This document shows positions 15,307 through 30,631 of a stretch of DNA of 64,000 nucleotides, piece after piece. This DNA comes from Chrysomallon squamiferum (lineage: Eukaryota; Animalia; Mollusca): contig CM022679.1 of the NCBI GenBank assembly GCA_012295275.1, forward strand, positions 930,001 through 994,000. Reading direction: 5' to 3'. Numbering within the stretch: the first letter of the stretch is position 1; every line of letters begins with the position of its first letter. The notes beneath the pieces are model-generated. The model did no database searches and had not been told where the DNA came from. It was given only the letters and a program-made list of their open reading frames with translations. The position numbers and the translations under genes are program-made.

Positions 15307-18239
15307 TTTTTCTCCACTCATAGACTCATACAATGACACCCATCAGGAAGTTTCTTAATTATTTATTTTTACTTTGTATACAAATGGAAAAAATCAATGG
15401 ACACCTGAGTAGCAGACGTTTAAGTGTACTGAAGAGAAACGCTTTGACATTAATTATCAATTACATTCTGGTGCCGATACTTCACATAAGCAGATAAAAG
15501 CTTTTAAATTCATGTCATGCAGAAGTTACTACTTTATGTCTGTTCGCAAAAAGACGCACACGGGCTAAAACAGATTTTCTTTAACCACATTTCACTCACC
15601 GTGGGGCCTGAGTTGTGTATGCGTACATTTAGTATCAATGTAGAAATCACATGCAGTTTTCACAAAGACAGTTTTATATATATAAGTGCATTGTATTAGT
15701 AAAAGGTTTTGAAAATTTCCTGACTAAAATGTATAATATTAAAAAGGTTTCTCAACACGTTTCTCTTTATTATTTTTTTTTTAAACAGTTATTTTTATAA
15801 TTTTTATATTTCATTTATATTGAGAAATATAGTTACGTAGTGATTTAGTTACAACTGGTTTTCATTTAATTTAATTTAATTAATTCATTTATTTATTCAT
15901 TCATTCATTCGTTCATTAAATATTTATGAACTTATGTTTTCGATTAAATAATTATTACTGATTATTTTCAATTTTCCAATAAACTTTTGTTCATTTTGTT
16001 ATGGTCTGAATGTCCACAACAGAATTACATAGTATCTAAAAGTGTGTCATATCTCTAACGTAACATTATATTTGATAATTCATATTACAAAGCTGTCGAG
16101 TTTTTAATGAAAGTATAGCATGACTGTCCGTATTGACTGGTTTGTGTATTTTAATCACTGAAGCACTACGAATATAGCAATGAGATATCATAAAATTATT
16201 TTGTACCAAAAAACCAACACTTCTTGCCCCCTCTTGATTCGTCCACTGTTTCTGTTCATTACTATCGTTGCTGTTATTTTTGTAATTATTATTATTGTTA
16301 CTACCCCCATTACCACCACCACCACCATATAAATAAAATTAATAAGAAACACTATTAAAAAATATTCAGTCGTCATGTCTTGGAATAGCTTTTTAAACAG
16401 AAAATGATTACCAGGAAAACTAAATTACGGAACATGGAGAGAAGATTGTACATTGTAGAAGAGTACACGAATGTAATTGAACTAGACTGCCACAGAAATT
16501 CTAAAAACTTGAAGCGTACTGAATACACGTACATAATTAAAATAGAATTGTAACTAAAACGTTATCAGAATGAAACAACACTTTCCCATTCCACCCACAT
16601 CTCCCTCGTTCTTTTCCTCTGTTTGAATGTTTAAAATCTTCCAGTAACCATTAAAAAAACAAAAAAAAAAAAAAAAACAATAGAAAAGTACACGTGTCTT
16701 TCAATGTACTTATAGCGAAAATCTTCAAAACAGAGGCACAGTGTTATATTCAATCTCGTTCATCTTTTAGTTCAGACAAATAATAATAAACGAGCACGTT
16801 GACGTACTTTGAAATCATCCGCTAACGAATGTGTTCCCATTATAGCGTCTGTTGTCAAGCAGATATCTGACTGTCGAGTAGGTGGAAGTGTGAAATGGCC
16901 ATTACCCCAGCATGACGGAAACGTGTTAAAATACATCTGAAAAGTCGAAGTATAAACGCGACTATTTCACACTACTGTTAACATAGATATCTTTTAAAAT
17001 TCTCCAGCACAAATTATTTTACCATTACAAATACTTAAACGAAAAACCTCGATGTCATCAAAGTAATAGAAACTTTTATAAATATTTCCTAACGGATACA
17101 ATCAAAGAAACCACACTTTTGATCAAAACCTGGTAACCTTTCTGAAAACGAGCTGGCAGAAGAACAGAAAATATTTTTGCAAGACCCTGGAGAAAGAAGA
17201 AACAATCTTCTTGATTTTCTTTTGATTTTTTTTTTTAAAAAGGACTCTTAATGGCTGGAAGCATCCGAGTTCGTGAGTCTGTGGAGCTGAAGAAAGGAAC
17301 TCGTCAAAATGAAGCCACTTAGTTTGAAACGGCGACCCTCGGGTTAGAACTGAGATAAACAGAGCGTCTGACCTTTAACGTAAGAATCTATAAAAACTGC
17401 GGTTTGAAAAGAGACATCCGTTTTAGATGTCATCTTAACAGCTCGGTGACAAATACTGGAGCTGGAAAAACAAGAATTAACTTTTCTGAACCGAGTGACA
17501 GTGACAAGGAGATAGACTGACCTTGAAAGGTTAAATCTGCTTGGTCACGTTGTGTAGTTTTAGCAGAATGTGATACATCTGAAAGCGAGCAGACAAATCA
17601 TCGAGAAACAAACGTATCGACCTGGGATGATCGTCTTCCCCATCGCGTCTTGATAAACCCAGAAACAAATCATATTTAACTGTCGATAGAAACCTGCCAC
17701 AAGCAATTACTCGTTGTGAATGTTGGTTTTGAGGAGGTAAATAAATCAGTGGCTCTTACGTTAAATCCATTTTAATTAACAGCTGCTGTTTCATACAGTA
17801 CATATCTCACGTGTTCAGATAGCATAAGTGTTTTATATACAGCATGAATATCTGTTTGTTAATGTGCAGAAATATTAGGACTATTTGTATGTGTGTGTGT
17901 GTGTGTGTGTGTGCGCGCGCACGCATGAAAAAGTAATCATGTCATATATGCATTTATGGTGTATCTGCGGTATTGCTAGCTTATAGTCTTAACGTAGTTT
18001 ATTTGTCTACCAAACATATCTTGTTAGTCGCAAAAATTAGTTTCTCTTTTGTCATTAACGATTCAGTCTTTAGTGACTGTGACAGAACGATTTAGAGAAA
18101 ATCTACGACATTATTCCATTGACAACGAGAAATCGTGTATAACATCACAGACAGAACAGCAAGTATCAATACATTCTGACTGAATTGCCTCAATTATTAC
18201 TGGTGAGGATCGATCCCAGACTGTCACCATCAGTAACTC

Positions 18240-18492
18240 AGTAGTAGACATTTTACATTAATTTTGTAAGACAGTGGTAGATGTTTTTACATTAATTCTG
18301 TAAGACAGTGGTAGATGTTTTTACATTAATTTTGTAACTCCTCGGTAAATGTATTTAAACTAAGTTCGTAATCGTATTTACACTAATTGTGTAACATATG
18401 TGTAGCATATTTACACAAATTACGTAACTCAGTGGTAAAGATATTTACACTAATTATGTAACCCAGTGATAAGCGTGTTTACACTAATTTTG
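18240..18492. repeat. Degenerate ~35-bp tandem repeat (cagtggtagatgtttttacattaattttgtaa)
   Basis: About 7 imperfect copies. Confidence 0.65.
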
Positions 18493-20056
18493 TTTTCATC
18501 TCCAGAGAAACATGTTCACGAATTTAGTTCATTTCTCAGCACTTTGCTCTCAGCAGCGTCATCAACACACGCGTCATCAACACACTCGTCCTCACTGACA
18601 CTCGTCTGCTTCAGTTTGTTAAAACGAAAGACGTAAAAACATTATCCGAGTTGTCTTTAAACTGTCCTTCACCGATTCTTAAAAAAAAAATAATAGTAAA
18701 ATAAAAATAAAAATAGTTTGTAAAAAATCTTAATCTTTTCAAATGATTAAAGAGACAAAACTGAGTGACACATCACAAAGCCGAACTAAAGTTGATGGTA
18801 TGTACTGCTCCGACAAACAAATTTAAAGCGACATTAGTTAATAAGAAAGTGTTATGATGGTGTAGACTGTCTTGACATGTACTGCTACCTCAGTAAAACA
18901 AACTGTTAATGAGATGATGTACGCGTGTCAGCGAGATGATTTACAAAACTGAGTGTTACACCACGTGGTATATGCTGCTCTCTGAGTAAAACAAGAACCT
19001 CTAACGAGTCGGTATGTTGTAGTCTAGGATTTCCTGTGTGTTGTAGTCTAGGATTTCCTGAGTCAGACACTTTGCGACGGTCCTGCCAGACTGGAATTTT
19101 AACTTGATTTGTTCGCTAACACAATCACTCTTTGTCCTCCGAGTACATCGTTCTTCTTCCTCTAATGAAGCCACTTGAGCTCCTCTCAGCCAGATGATTT
19201 CAAATTACAAATCTTTACTCACCTCGGAGACACTGAATGCCAAGATGAAAACAAATACTGTAAAAAAATTCTTTATACCTTTTGTCAAAGATAAACTAAT
19301 TTCTTTCGCTGACATTTCAGAACGATTCAGAGATACATTAGCGCGCATCCACTGGGGAAACGACGCGCTCCAAGATCTTTTTAATTTTCATTTTCTTTTC
19401 TACTTTTATTTTTATTACACAAGTGTAATATCTCTTTATATTTTATGATGACGGCAACTTCTTTCTAAAAACTTGTAACCGTTTCTAAAATACACTCACT
19501 GGAACAATAAAGCGACACTTTTCAGAGTTTTGTTCCCAGTCAGAAAGCTTTTTATTTAACATCTTTAAGACACCTAAATCCAAAGCTTGGAACACTTCAC
19601 TGCTTACAGTATTAAATTACCTCTCTTACGTATCCGCTGTTTTTTTCAAGATGCCAGTGAAATTATTTTGTTGTTAATCAATAAATTAATGGTATCTAAG
19701 AAACACATATTATAAAAGTCATCTTTCCAATTATAATCCTAATTTCACGAGTGATTTACTGTAATAACACTTTTCAGAAATAAAAATACAGAAACGATTG
19801 TATATTTATAAACTTATAATTTCTATGATGTGTGTGTAGATGTCAGATGTGGTGTTGTATGGTGCGGGAAGGTCTGGTATGGTCTGTACGTGTGTGTGTG
19901 TATGTGTGTACGTGTGTGTATGTGTGTGTGTATGTGTGTGTGTAGGTGTGTACTTGTGGACGTACGTGTGTTGTATGTATATTATATAAACTAATGATAA
20001 CTGAAATTATTATTATTACTACTATTATTTCTGCCCGTCCTACTTCACAGCAATCG

Positions 20057-20099
<43 letters not shown>

Positions 20100-20235
20100 A
20101 TCTTCTACTGCTACCGCTGCTAGAACTCCTATTATGATTAAGATTTTTTCTTCACGCTTACTGTATGCTAGTAAATACAATGACGAGTGTGACACAGAAA
20201 GTCTTCAGACGTCGAGGTCATCGGAGCCTGTAAAA

Positions 20236-20868
20236 CAGCAATTCACGTCTCACAGCAATTCACGTCTCACAGCAATTCACGTCTCACAGCAATTCATGTC
20301 TCAGAGCAATTCACGCCTCACAACAATTCACGTCTCACAGCAATTCACGTCTCACAGCAATTCACGTCTCACAACAATTCACGTCTCACAGCAATTCACG
20401 TCTCACAGCAATTCATGTCTCAGAGCAATTCACGTCTCACAACAATTCACGTCTCACAGCAATTCACGTCTCAGAGCAATTCACGTCTCACAACAATTCA
20501 CGTCTCACAGCAATTCACGTCTCACAGCAATTCATGTCTCAGAGCAATTCACGTCTCACAACAATTCACGTCTCACAGCAATTCACGTCTCACAGCAATT
20601 CACGTCTCACAACAATTCACGTCTCACAGCAATTCACGTCTCACAGCAATTCACGTCTCACAACAATTCACGTCTCACAGCAATTCACGTCTCACAGCAA
20701 TTCATGTCTCAGAGCAATTCACGTCTCACAACAATTCACGTCTCACAGCAATTCATGTCTCAGAGCAATTCACGTCTCACAACAATTCACGTCTCACAAC
20801 AATTCACGTCTCACAGCAATTCATGTCTCACAGCAATTCACGTCTCACAACAATTCACGTCTCACAGC
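20236..20868. repeat. 17-bp minisatellite (cagcaattcacgtctca), ~37 copies
   Basis: Seen directly. The unit has no stop codons, which creates spurious ORFs in all three + frames. Confidence 0.97.
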
Positions 20869-22860
20869 GCTCTGCCATCTTGTCTTTTAAAACTTTTAAC
20901 AGTCTGATACAAAAACATATGCGTTTATTGAAAGCGGAAAGATCAGCAGTGATTTTTATATTAATATTGTACTACAAAGGAAAAGTATCCAGTAAAAAGA
21001 GAAAAATGTTTATTAAGGACGAAACTAAAAAAGAAAAGAAAAGAAAAGAAAAAAAAGAAACAGAAACCAACAACTGAAGGAAGCGTTAATTTAAGTTTCT
21101 GAAAAATAAACCAGCAGCGATTTTGAAACAGATCTTAAATTCACATATAATAAGAAAACCTTTAAAAATTTGGAATCTTTCTTTACAAAAAGTTCTTATA
21201 CGTTTTTCTCCCTTCGGCACAAATTTAATTTTTTTCTTACACCCAAATATCTGGATAAAAAAATAATGATAATAATAATAATAATAAAAAAAGAACAGAA
21301 AATAATAATAATAATAATGATGATAATAATAATAATAATAACAACAACAACAAAATTTAAAAAAAAGAAAAAAAAGAAAAAGAAAGAAATAAGAAATATA
21401 AAGTCATTTCAAAATTAGTTTGGTAAATTTTTGAAAAACAGATCCAAGTCATATAATATACAAATAATAATAATAATCTACAGACTGGACCATATGTGAC
21501 AAGTGTCCAATATGGTGAACATACGTGTCGCTAGATGCGGTTATCTGGAAGAAACAAACAGGTGCGTTTTCAACTACACTTTGTAGGCAAACTAACCTTA
21601 TACTCTTCACCTTCAAAAACGTCGTTCATAATTGAAATCGCGATGACAAAGAGAAAAGTCAAAACTTGCAGTTAACACGTCAGTCCTCCGTCGTTCACTC
21701 GACGTCTGGGCTGGGCAGACGACATCAGTTCAGAGCTATCCAAAACTTTCTCACAGCAGCGTGTTTCACATCCAAACATTGTCGTCTGAAACCGTCACAC
21801 TCACAGAACTGCTGCATTTTTTGCGCGCGCTCTCTTCGCGAGACGTGTTGTCTATAGTAACGGAATTTCGAAGAGGAACGACTGCAAGAGATATTGAACG
21901 GTCACGTGACCTTCTGCAGAAATCGTCAAACGGCATCTGCTCCGTGCTGAAGCGGAAGACGAACTCGCTGGCAGCCTAATGAAATCTGACTTCGCTCTTA
22001 ATTTACGACAGCGCGTTAGTGAGCGGCTGTCTTACAGCAGGCGACGTGTCCAGATTGCGCGTTTTGCATCCCCGACCACCACAGACAAAACACACATCTG
22101 TTGTACTGCTGCTAGTGTGTACCTGATACTATGTACCTGCTAGTAGGTACGTTACTGACGTTCACTAACGAAAGAATAATTGTCTAGACTTTGAGTAAAC
22201 GAAAGAAAAACGTATGGTTAACTAACATCAGGTGGAAAATATTGGTTTATTTTGATAAAACGCATTCATACGTGAAACTTAAAGTTTTGCCGATATAGTT
22301 GATGGATGTGGAAAATAAATGAGAAAATAAAAAATAGAGGAAACAAAAAAGAGAGAGAAAAAGAGAAAAAAAGAAGAAGAATCCTTCATTGCGGTAGTTA
22401 CTGATTTTCAATATTTATATATATAGACTTTATCGATAGTGAATTTCTCTTCACCTAATACATAATGGATTTCTTTGTTGTTGGTTTTTTTAATTGTTAT
22501 TATTCGTACATATCTCAGACATGCGTGCTTCACTCTGTGTTCAAAGTGAAATGATCTATAAAATATATATAACGTACTGATAGCGTTTTGTGTTGCGTGT
22601 TTACCTACTACATCAATTACGTGTTGAAATCTTCAACTCGTTAAAATGTTAGACGTTAACCAAACGTTGTCGTTTAAATACAAACACACACTGAGACGTA
22701 ATGACGTCTCTCAAAGTGTAGCAGTGCCGAAAATAAACATCAGTTTTATATCCTCTAGAGTGATTGCTTTGTTTGTGCTATAATACCAACCTTTGCTAAT
22801 AATAAAGGATTATATTACAACAAGCGCGTAGAAATTCATTTTAATTTTTTTATATACTCG

Positions 22861-22939
<79 letters not shown>

Positions 22940-23791
22940 TAAATACATTTTAGATAAATGGATAGATAGATACAAAGACAGGTAGACAGAGAGATAAATA
23001 AATAAACACACACCCACACATTTTAATTTTTTTTCTTCTCTTTCTTTTGTCGTTTTAAATAATAATAATAAAAATTAACCTCCTACACACACAATAAAAT
23101 AAATAAATAAATAAATAAATAAAATGAAAAAATCAATGAAAGAAGAAAGAAAAAAAAAAGAAAAGGGTTAAATATTTATTTAACTATTTAATTGAGTAAT
23201 AGCTGCAAAGCGGACTTAAAACACTTCACTTTACGTACCTCTGTTTAAACATGCAAGGTGTATTTTTACATTTCACGCAGTTACTCCATTACTCCTATCT
23301 CATAAATGTCACGGAAGCTTTCTACAACGGGGAAATAGCGTTTAAATCTGTCACGCATGCGTGTTCGTCTGACTAAATCCTATTAGTCAGTATTACTGGC
23401 GCGCTTCAATCACGTGATTAATGTCAACAGGACACTTAGAACACAGACGGTAGACGATAAGTTTTGTGTCAACACTATTAGCTAATAATCACCCTCGTCT
23501 GAATTCTGTTGTAACTTTATAGCTGGATTTACAATAAGTGCTGAACACACGTTTTTCTCTCTCTGCCTTCTTTATCATCGGTTCTGTGTATCTATATTTG
23601 TGTGTGTGTATGTGTGTACATATATATATGTTTGGATTTCTGTTATTTTCCTCTACATCTACATGAAGCTGATTTTTTTCTCTGTAGCCTCATTCTTCTC
23701 TTTCTTCACATTCATCAGTCTTTCTCTCTCGTATTTCAGTCAGTTTCGTCCTCTATTCACCCTCACTTTCTCCGTCCCTCTCTCTTTCCAT

Positions 23792-23895
<104 letters not shown>

Positions 23896-24686
23896 CCACA
23901 AATCACTCTCTGTTTCCACAAATCACTCTCTCAGGCTTTGTCTTCTGATCGATGCTAATGTTTGTAATGGTGAAAGAAAGAGATGCTATGTAAATGAGCA
24001 GGTATTCTCTAGAGTGTGAAATGTTATCTTCCGCTGTTTAGTGCAGGTCGGAGCTGCTTTTGTTTTCAAGGATGCTGTTAAATACAATTACGTATACACA
24101 GTCACGTTTGGAACGCACACACTCACGAAAGGTCAGTCGGCTCATTCCAACAGTGACCATTATTCCTGCGTGAACAATAGATGTTTTACAAAACAATTTT
24201 ATCCCATTGATTTCCTAGAAAATAAAAGGATCAGAAACGTAATTTCATTAACTAGCATAAAACAGTAATAGTCTTGATATTTGTAGTAGTAATACTAGCG
24301 GCATTAGAAACATATTTGTGTTTAGTATAGCAATGTGCTATCAATACAGTATCACGGTAGTGGTTAGTAGTGGTAATAATATCGGCAGCAATAATTGCAG
24401 TTGTATGAACAAGATGAAAAAGAGAAAAAAAGTGTTACGCAGAATATGCAGAACCCAGTATACACTGATGGTTAGAAAACCAGTCTAGTTTGAGAGCAGG
24501 AAAATGGAAAGAAACTCAAGGGAGATATAAGATAATTATTGTTAAAATGGATGCAGTTTACGTGTTTGGAAAACAGGATTAGCTAGTAGCTGCTCACGTT
24601 AAATATCGTGTCTGACCTTTCACGTTACAGGAATTTCTATTAGAACATTTTCATTGTCTTAATAATAACAACAACTCAAATACTGG

Positions 24687-25030
<344 letters not shown>

Positions 25031-26199
25031 GTTGATGATGAAAAATAAATAAATAAAAACAGAAGAAGAAGAAGAAGAAGAAGAAGAGCAAAAAAAGAGC
25101 TAGATACCAAAGCAATCAGATGATTTGCAATTCAATTATTTTTTCTTAATCTTCTGAGGGAAAATGGAACAAACAAGCAAAAAAAATCAAAACGGAAACT
25201 TTCAACAAAAACATGAAGCCCTATGAGGATACGCAATTGATTATTTATATCCGTCTTATACAACTCCGGGCAATAAAAGGAAAGCTAGTCCCTGATTACG
25301 GTTCGGTTCGTGGTTAACGACGGAGGAAAATAAATGACAAGCATAAAATTAATGGCGAATTTGGTGGATGTCACGGTAGTACGTTATTTTCGCGTCAGAA
25401 AAAATAGCAGAACTTTTAATATTTTTTTATTTCTATTTTAATTTTTTTTTTTTTTTACTTCCCTTTCTCTCCAGCTTTTATTTATTATTATTATTTCTTT
25501 TTTTGTGTGTGTGTGTGTGCTTAAAATAAAACTGTAAAGGGAGGTAATCAATAATGAATTTCACGATTTGCTGTAAATAGATGAATGTATGTGTGTGTTA
25601 ACCAGATACAAGTGCGATAACACCACACAAGATAATCGATAGTTTTTCGATCACATTGAAAATGTACGAGTGAAATTACAAAAAAAAAAAAAAACAAAAA
25701 AAAACTCGAATTTGTTAAACTGTTGTCAAGTGTTTTCCTGTGTTTCTGTCTGTGTGCGTCTGTCTCTGTGCGTGTTTGTGTGTGCGTGTCAGAATGAATG
25801 TATATAGCTTCAGTTTATCGACCTTTATAAAACACACACACACACACACAACACACACATATATAACATGTACAAACATATAAGGAAACAAAGGAACATA
25901 TGAATGAAACAAATGTTATTAATAAGCAATGAAATAAAAAAACTGAGTATTGAAAATACTAAAATTAATTTAATCTACAAAGAAAGATGAAAGTTTCTTA
26001 CCTGCTCTCCATTTCTTTGTCTTCTCTGTGCATTAAAAAACAAAACTTCACAACAGGCAGAAATTCCTCGAAAAGAAAAGGTTCAACGGTTCAAAACTCC
26101 GCGGCGAATTCGAAAATGACGAAATACTGCGCGTTTTGTACTGACTGCTTGTGTTGAGAAATATTTAAAATAATAATAATAATATAATAATAATATGTA

Positions 26200-26244
<45 letters not shown>

Positions 26245-26609
26245 ACTCGGGCCACGAAATGCAGTTTTTCGCAAGGTAACGTTCAAAAGTTCACGACCTA
26301 GAGATCAAAGGGACAATTCTGAAATGCAGTCTTAATTACGTTTAAGTATGCATTAGTTTAGACATACTGCTAACGTTGTAATCACTTCTATTCATGGGAT
26401 CTCGCTTGATTTCAATTATAAAAACAGACACAAAATGTAAATGAAACGTCGCGTTGAACTGGAAACTTCGGAGTTGACAGATTGGTCATTATTTCCATCT
26501 ACAAACGGAAATTGATTAATGCAGACATTTCTGTAAACTTTAGCATGGCCATGAAAAAAACACCCCAAAAAGCATAAAAAAGAGAAAAATAAATGAATGA
26601 ATGAATGAA

Positions 26610-26641
<32 letters not shown>

Positions 26642-26648
26642 AATAATA

Positions 26649-26711
<63 letters not shown>

Positions 26712-27147
26712 TAAAATGAACAACCGTAGGTCCAGTTGGTATGTTTCAGTGCTTCCCAACAAGGAAATTTGAAAATGAGGAGCAATTTCTTGTCAACCCA
26801 TTGCAACAAATCCTAACATGCAATATTAGTAAATTATTTTTTTCACTGAGTAAACACATATATTTAAATCCAGCGTAATAAAATATAAAGGGTACTATTA
26901 CCAGTTATTAATTAATTAATTTATTTATTGTTATTGTTGTTTTTGTTGTTATAATCTTGGGAACATTTAATATCAGATGTTCATAAAATCTACCATATTT
27001 TCTTTCTTTTTTTCAGATTTATTTATTATTGCTTCATAACTTATTTACCTTATGAACATTATTTTGTATCTGTGCCAAGTGTTTCTAAATATTTTATTTT
27101 ATTTTATTAATTAATTATGGTTATTATTATTATTTATTTTATTATTA

Positions 27148-27194
<47 letters not shown>

Positions 27195-28172
27195 TATTAT
27201 TATTTATTATTATTAATTTTGTTTTTTTTTTTGTTTTTGTTTTTAAGTTAATATTAAATCAATACTTTGACAATGTATTTTTATTATTAATTATGTATTA
27301 TTTGTTTATTATTAGTTTTTTGATATATTGCGAGGATGGAATCAGATCAGTTATTTATGTTATCTCTGACACTCATCTACTAAAGGGAGCAAAAGGCCAT
27401 CAGCAACACGTCACACAACACGTCACACAACACGTCACACAACACGTCACACAGACGTCAACAACCTCCAGCGAAGGTGATGACATCTACGAAGAGGACA
27501 GGTCTCTGTCAACAGTGACGACAACAGCGACAGTGACTCCAACCTAATTTCAGGCGACGACAGTTGATTTGTGACCTTCGCTGGTTAGACTATGTTGTGA
27601 ACGTTGTTGACGTCGTGAATCCGGCTGTCTGTCTAAGGTGGGTTTTATTATTATTATTATTATTATTTGTTCGTTTGTTAATTAATTAATTAGTTTTATT
27701 TATTTATTTAAAAATATATACCTAATTAAAAATATGTTTATAATTAAACTGTCTGTAATGAGTTTACATAGACAAATATATCCTATCTGATGACACGAAT
27801 AAGATTTTGTAATTGAAAATGACGTAATATTTGTATTTGTAACATGAAACATACAGTATACAATTCGTGTACGTTGGTGTAACAATTTAACATAGCTGTT
27901 ATATGTGATCTATATGTCAAAACACTCCTGGAGAATAATGGAATCACCTGGTGTATGATCTATATGTCAAAACGCTTCTGGACAACAATAGAATACAAAT
28001 GCTGTGTGATTTGTGTCTCACAGCGCCTCAGGATACACAGAAAATACAATGGCGTGATATTTATGATATCGAATCTGTTTTTGATAACAATCAAATACAA
28101 CGTAAATAGTTTCTGTAAAAATACTTCATGATGCCATCACGTGATTTGTAACGCAGAAGCCTCGAGGACGTT

Positions 28173-29145
28173 AGCCGAGGTTAGCGTGTGTGTTTGTCAG
28201 AGTTGTTAAAGAGAGTCACTCACCGTGAAGCCGAGGTTAGTGTGTATACGTGTCAGAGTTGTTAAAGAGAGTCACTCACCGTGAAGCCGAGGTTAGTGTG
28301 TATGCGTGTCAGAGTTGTTAAAGAGAATCACTCACCGTGAAGCCGAGGTTAGTGTGTGCGTGTCAGAGTTGTTAAAGAGAATCACTCACCGTGAAGCCGA
28401 GGTTAGTGTGTGCGTGACAGAGTTGTTAAAGGTCACTCACCGTGAAGAGGTTGTGTGTGCGTGTCAGAGTTGTTAAAGAGAATCACTCACCGTGAAGCCG
28501 AGGTTAGTGTGTGCGTGTCAGAGTTGTTAAAGAGAGTCACTCACCGTGAAGCCGAGGTTAGTGTGTGTGTTTGTCAGAGTTGTTAAAGAGAGTCACTCAC
28601 CGTGAAGCCGAGGTTAGTGTGTGCGTGTCAGAGTTGTTAAAGAGAGTCACTCACCGTGAAGCCGAGGTTTGTTGCGTGTCAAGTTGTTAAAGAGAATCAC
28701 TCACCGTGAAGCCGAGGTTAGTGTGTGCGTGTCAGAGTTGTTAAAGAGAGTCACTCACCGTGAAGCCGAGGTTAGTCTGTGAGTGTCAGAGTTGTTAAAG
28801 AGAGTCATTCACCGTGAAGCCGAGGTTAGTGTGTGCGTGTCAGAGTTGTTAAAGAGAATCACTCACCGTGAAGCCGAGGTTAGTGTGTGCGTGTCAGAGT
28901 TGTTAAAGAGAGTCACTCACCGTGAAGCCGAGGTTAGTGTGTGTGTGTCAGAGTTGTTAAAGAGAGTCACTCACCGTGAAGCCGAGGTTAGTGTGTGCGT
29001 GTCAGAGTTGTTAAAGAGAGTCACTCACCGTGAAGCCGAGGTTAGTGTGTGTGTGTCAGAGTTGTTAAAGAGAATCACTCACCGTGAAGCCGAGGTTAGT
29101 GTGTGTGTGTCAGAGTTGTTAAAGAGAGTCACTCACCGTGAAGCC
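28173..29145. repeat. 54-bp minisatellite, ~18 copies, containing the Rab exon 2A splice donor
   Basis: Minus-strand unit gtgagtgactctctttaacaactctgacacgcacacactaacctcggcttcacg. The last copy overlaps the 3' end of the exon. Confidence 0.97.
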
Positions 29146-29247
29146 AATGCCCACTGTGGCTGAGAAGGCTCCAGCCTGGAACTTGCCCTGGTCAAACTGA
29201 ACGAGCAGAGAAGTTTTTCCAACACCAGAGTCTCCAACCAGAATCGT
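29137..29247 (-). CDS. RAB37: Rab26/Rab37-like GTPase, alternative exon 2A: P-loop and switch I ([37 protein letters not shown])
   Basis: 111 bp between a ttcag acceptor (29248-29250) and donor ACG|GTGAGT. Contains G1 motif GDSGVGKT. Closely matches the alternative RAB37 exon as I recall it ([23 protein letters not shown]...SATVGIGFT). Not in the ORF track. Confidence 0.93.
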
Positions 29248-30380
29248 CTGAAATTAAATCACATGTCTGAAAGTTAACTACTGTCAAAAAAGTAAACTGA
29301 AATACTTAAAATTATCAGCGTTGCTTTAAATTAAATTAAAACGTATACTAAAAGATATGAACTGTCCAAAATTAAAGTAAAATATATGCTTAAAGTCATG
29401 AACTCTTAGAAATTAAAGTAAAATATATACTTAAAATTATGAACTATCTGGATAAAATAGATACTTAAAATGATCAGTTGTCAGAAATTAAATTAGTTTG
29501 TTCTTCCAAACAGTTATACAATAAGACTGTTTGAAATTAAAACTAAATCCGAAATCAATCTTCACTGTCTAAATTTTACAAAACATCAAGTAGAATTATT
29601 TAAAACTGGTGTCATGGATCAATCGTTCATTTGAAATTAAATAACAGTGCACCGTGTGCCTGGCAAGTATCCTAATAAATAAATAGTCAAATACAAAGAT
29701 GAATCGCTCCAGTGAATGTGTAAAATTAATCCTAGAATCACCAAATGACCTACAACTGTTTTAAATTAAAGACATACAATATTATTTATTTATTTATTTA
29801 TTTATTTTAATTTCAGCATGATATTTAAAATGAAAGATATTTTTATAACACAGATTGGCAACCATCATAGTCTGAATTTAGACAAAAGAGTATTGAAGGG
29901 TATTTTTAAACTGACTGTAAGAAAACAAAGAAGAAATCTTTTGAAAAGACAAAAACAGTTATTTTTGTGTCGTGAACTAATTTAGCAGCTGTGTGAACAA
30001 TAAAAGATTTCGTGGACACAGATGCAGACAGAAACACGAAAAGAACGTGCCGACTCTACCATTTTATTATATGTGTAATATGAATATATTAAATGATGTA
30101 TTTTGATAATAAATTAATGTCATAGAATTATTTTATTTTTATTATATTATTTTATTTTATTATTATTTTCAAAAAGAAAAGAAAAAAAGAAAAAAAAAAA
30201 AAAATGGTTTATTAATAATGAATTTTCTAAAAATAAATTTTAAGAATACATAATGAACTAAGGAATTTAAAAAAGAACTATATCAAAAAATGTATCATTT
30301 GTAGAGAATAAAGAAATAAAATATAACAACAACAACAACAATGAAAAATTACTGCATGACGTAAAAGTAGTGAATTTCAA

Positions 30381-30426
<46 letters not shown>

Positions 30427-30631
30427 CATTTATATATTTTTTATTATTATTATTGATAATTTGGGAATTAGTTTTAAAAATACTGCGAATGAAAAACAAG
30501 ACAATTAAAATGTAGGCAAAGCATCACGTGACACGTTAATTAGTGACATGCTGAGAAATAGTGATCAGTTCGGAAATTAAATTTCTCTGCTGTTAATTTC
30601 CTCCTTCATCCGCGCAATTACCTTCGTGTAC

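Noticed and set aside
17140-17760. Higher-complexity segment that might be a nested gene exon
   Set aside because: No ORF of 60 aa or more, and no recognisable motif in the frame I read; more likely regulatory or old repeat sequence.
20134-21077. 257-, 220- and 118-aa ORFs with HVSQQFTSHSNSRL repeats
   Set aside because: All three frames are open only because the 17-bp minisatellite unit has no stop codon. There is no splice or domain evidence.
21666-21979. Short + strand ORFs in a CpG-rich island
   Set aside because: No recognisable domain and non-ATG starts. The region is better explained as regulatory.
28783-29163. 126-aa + strand ORF of SELLKRVTHREAEVSVCV repeats
   Set aside because: It is a translation of the 54-bp minisatellite, antisense to the real exon.
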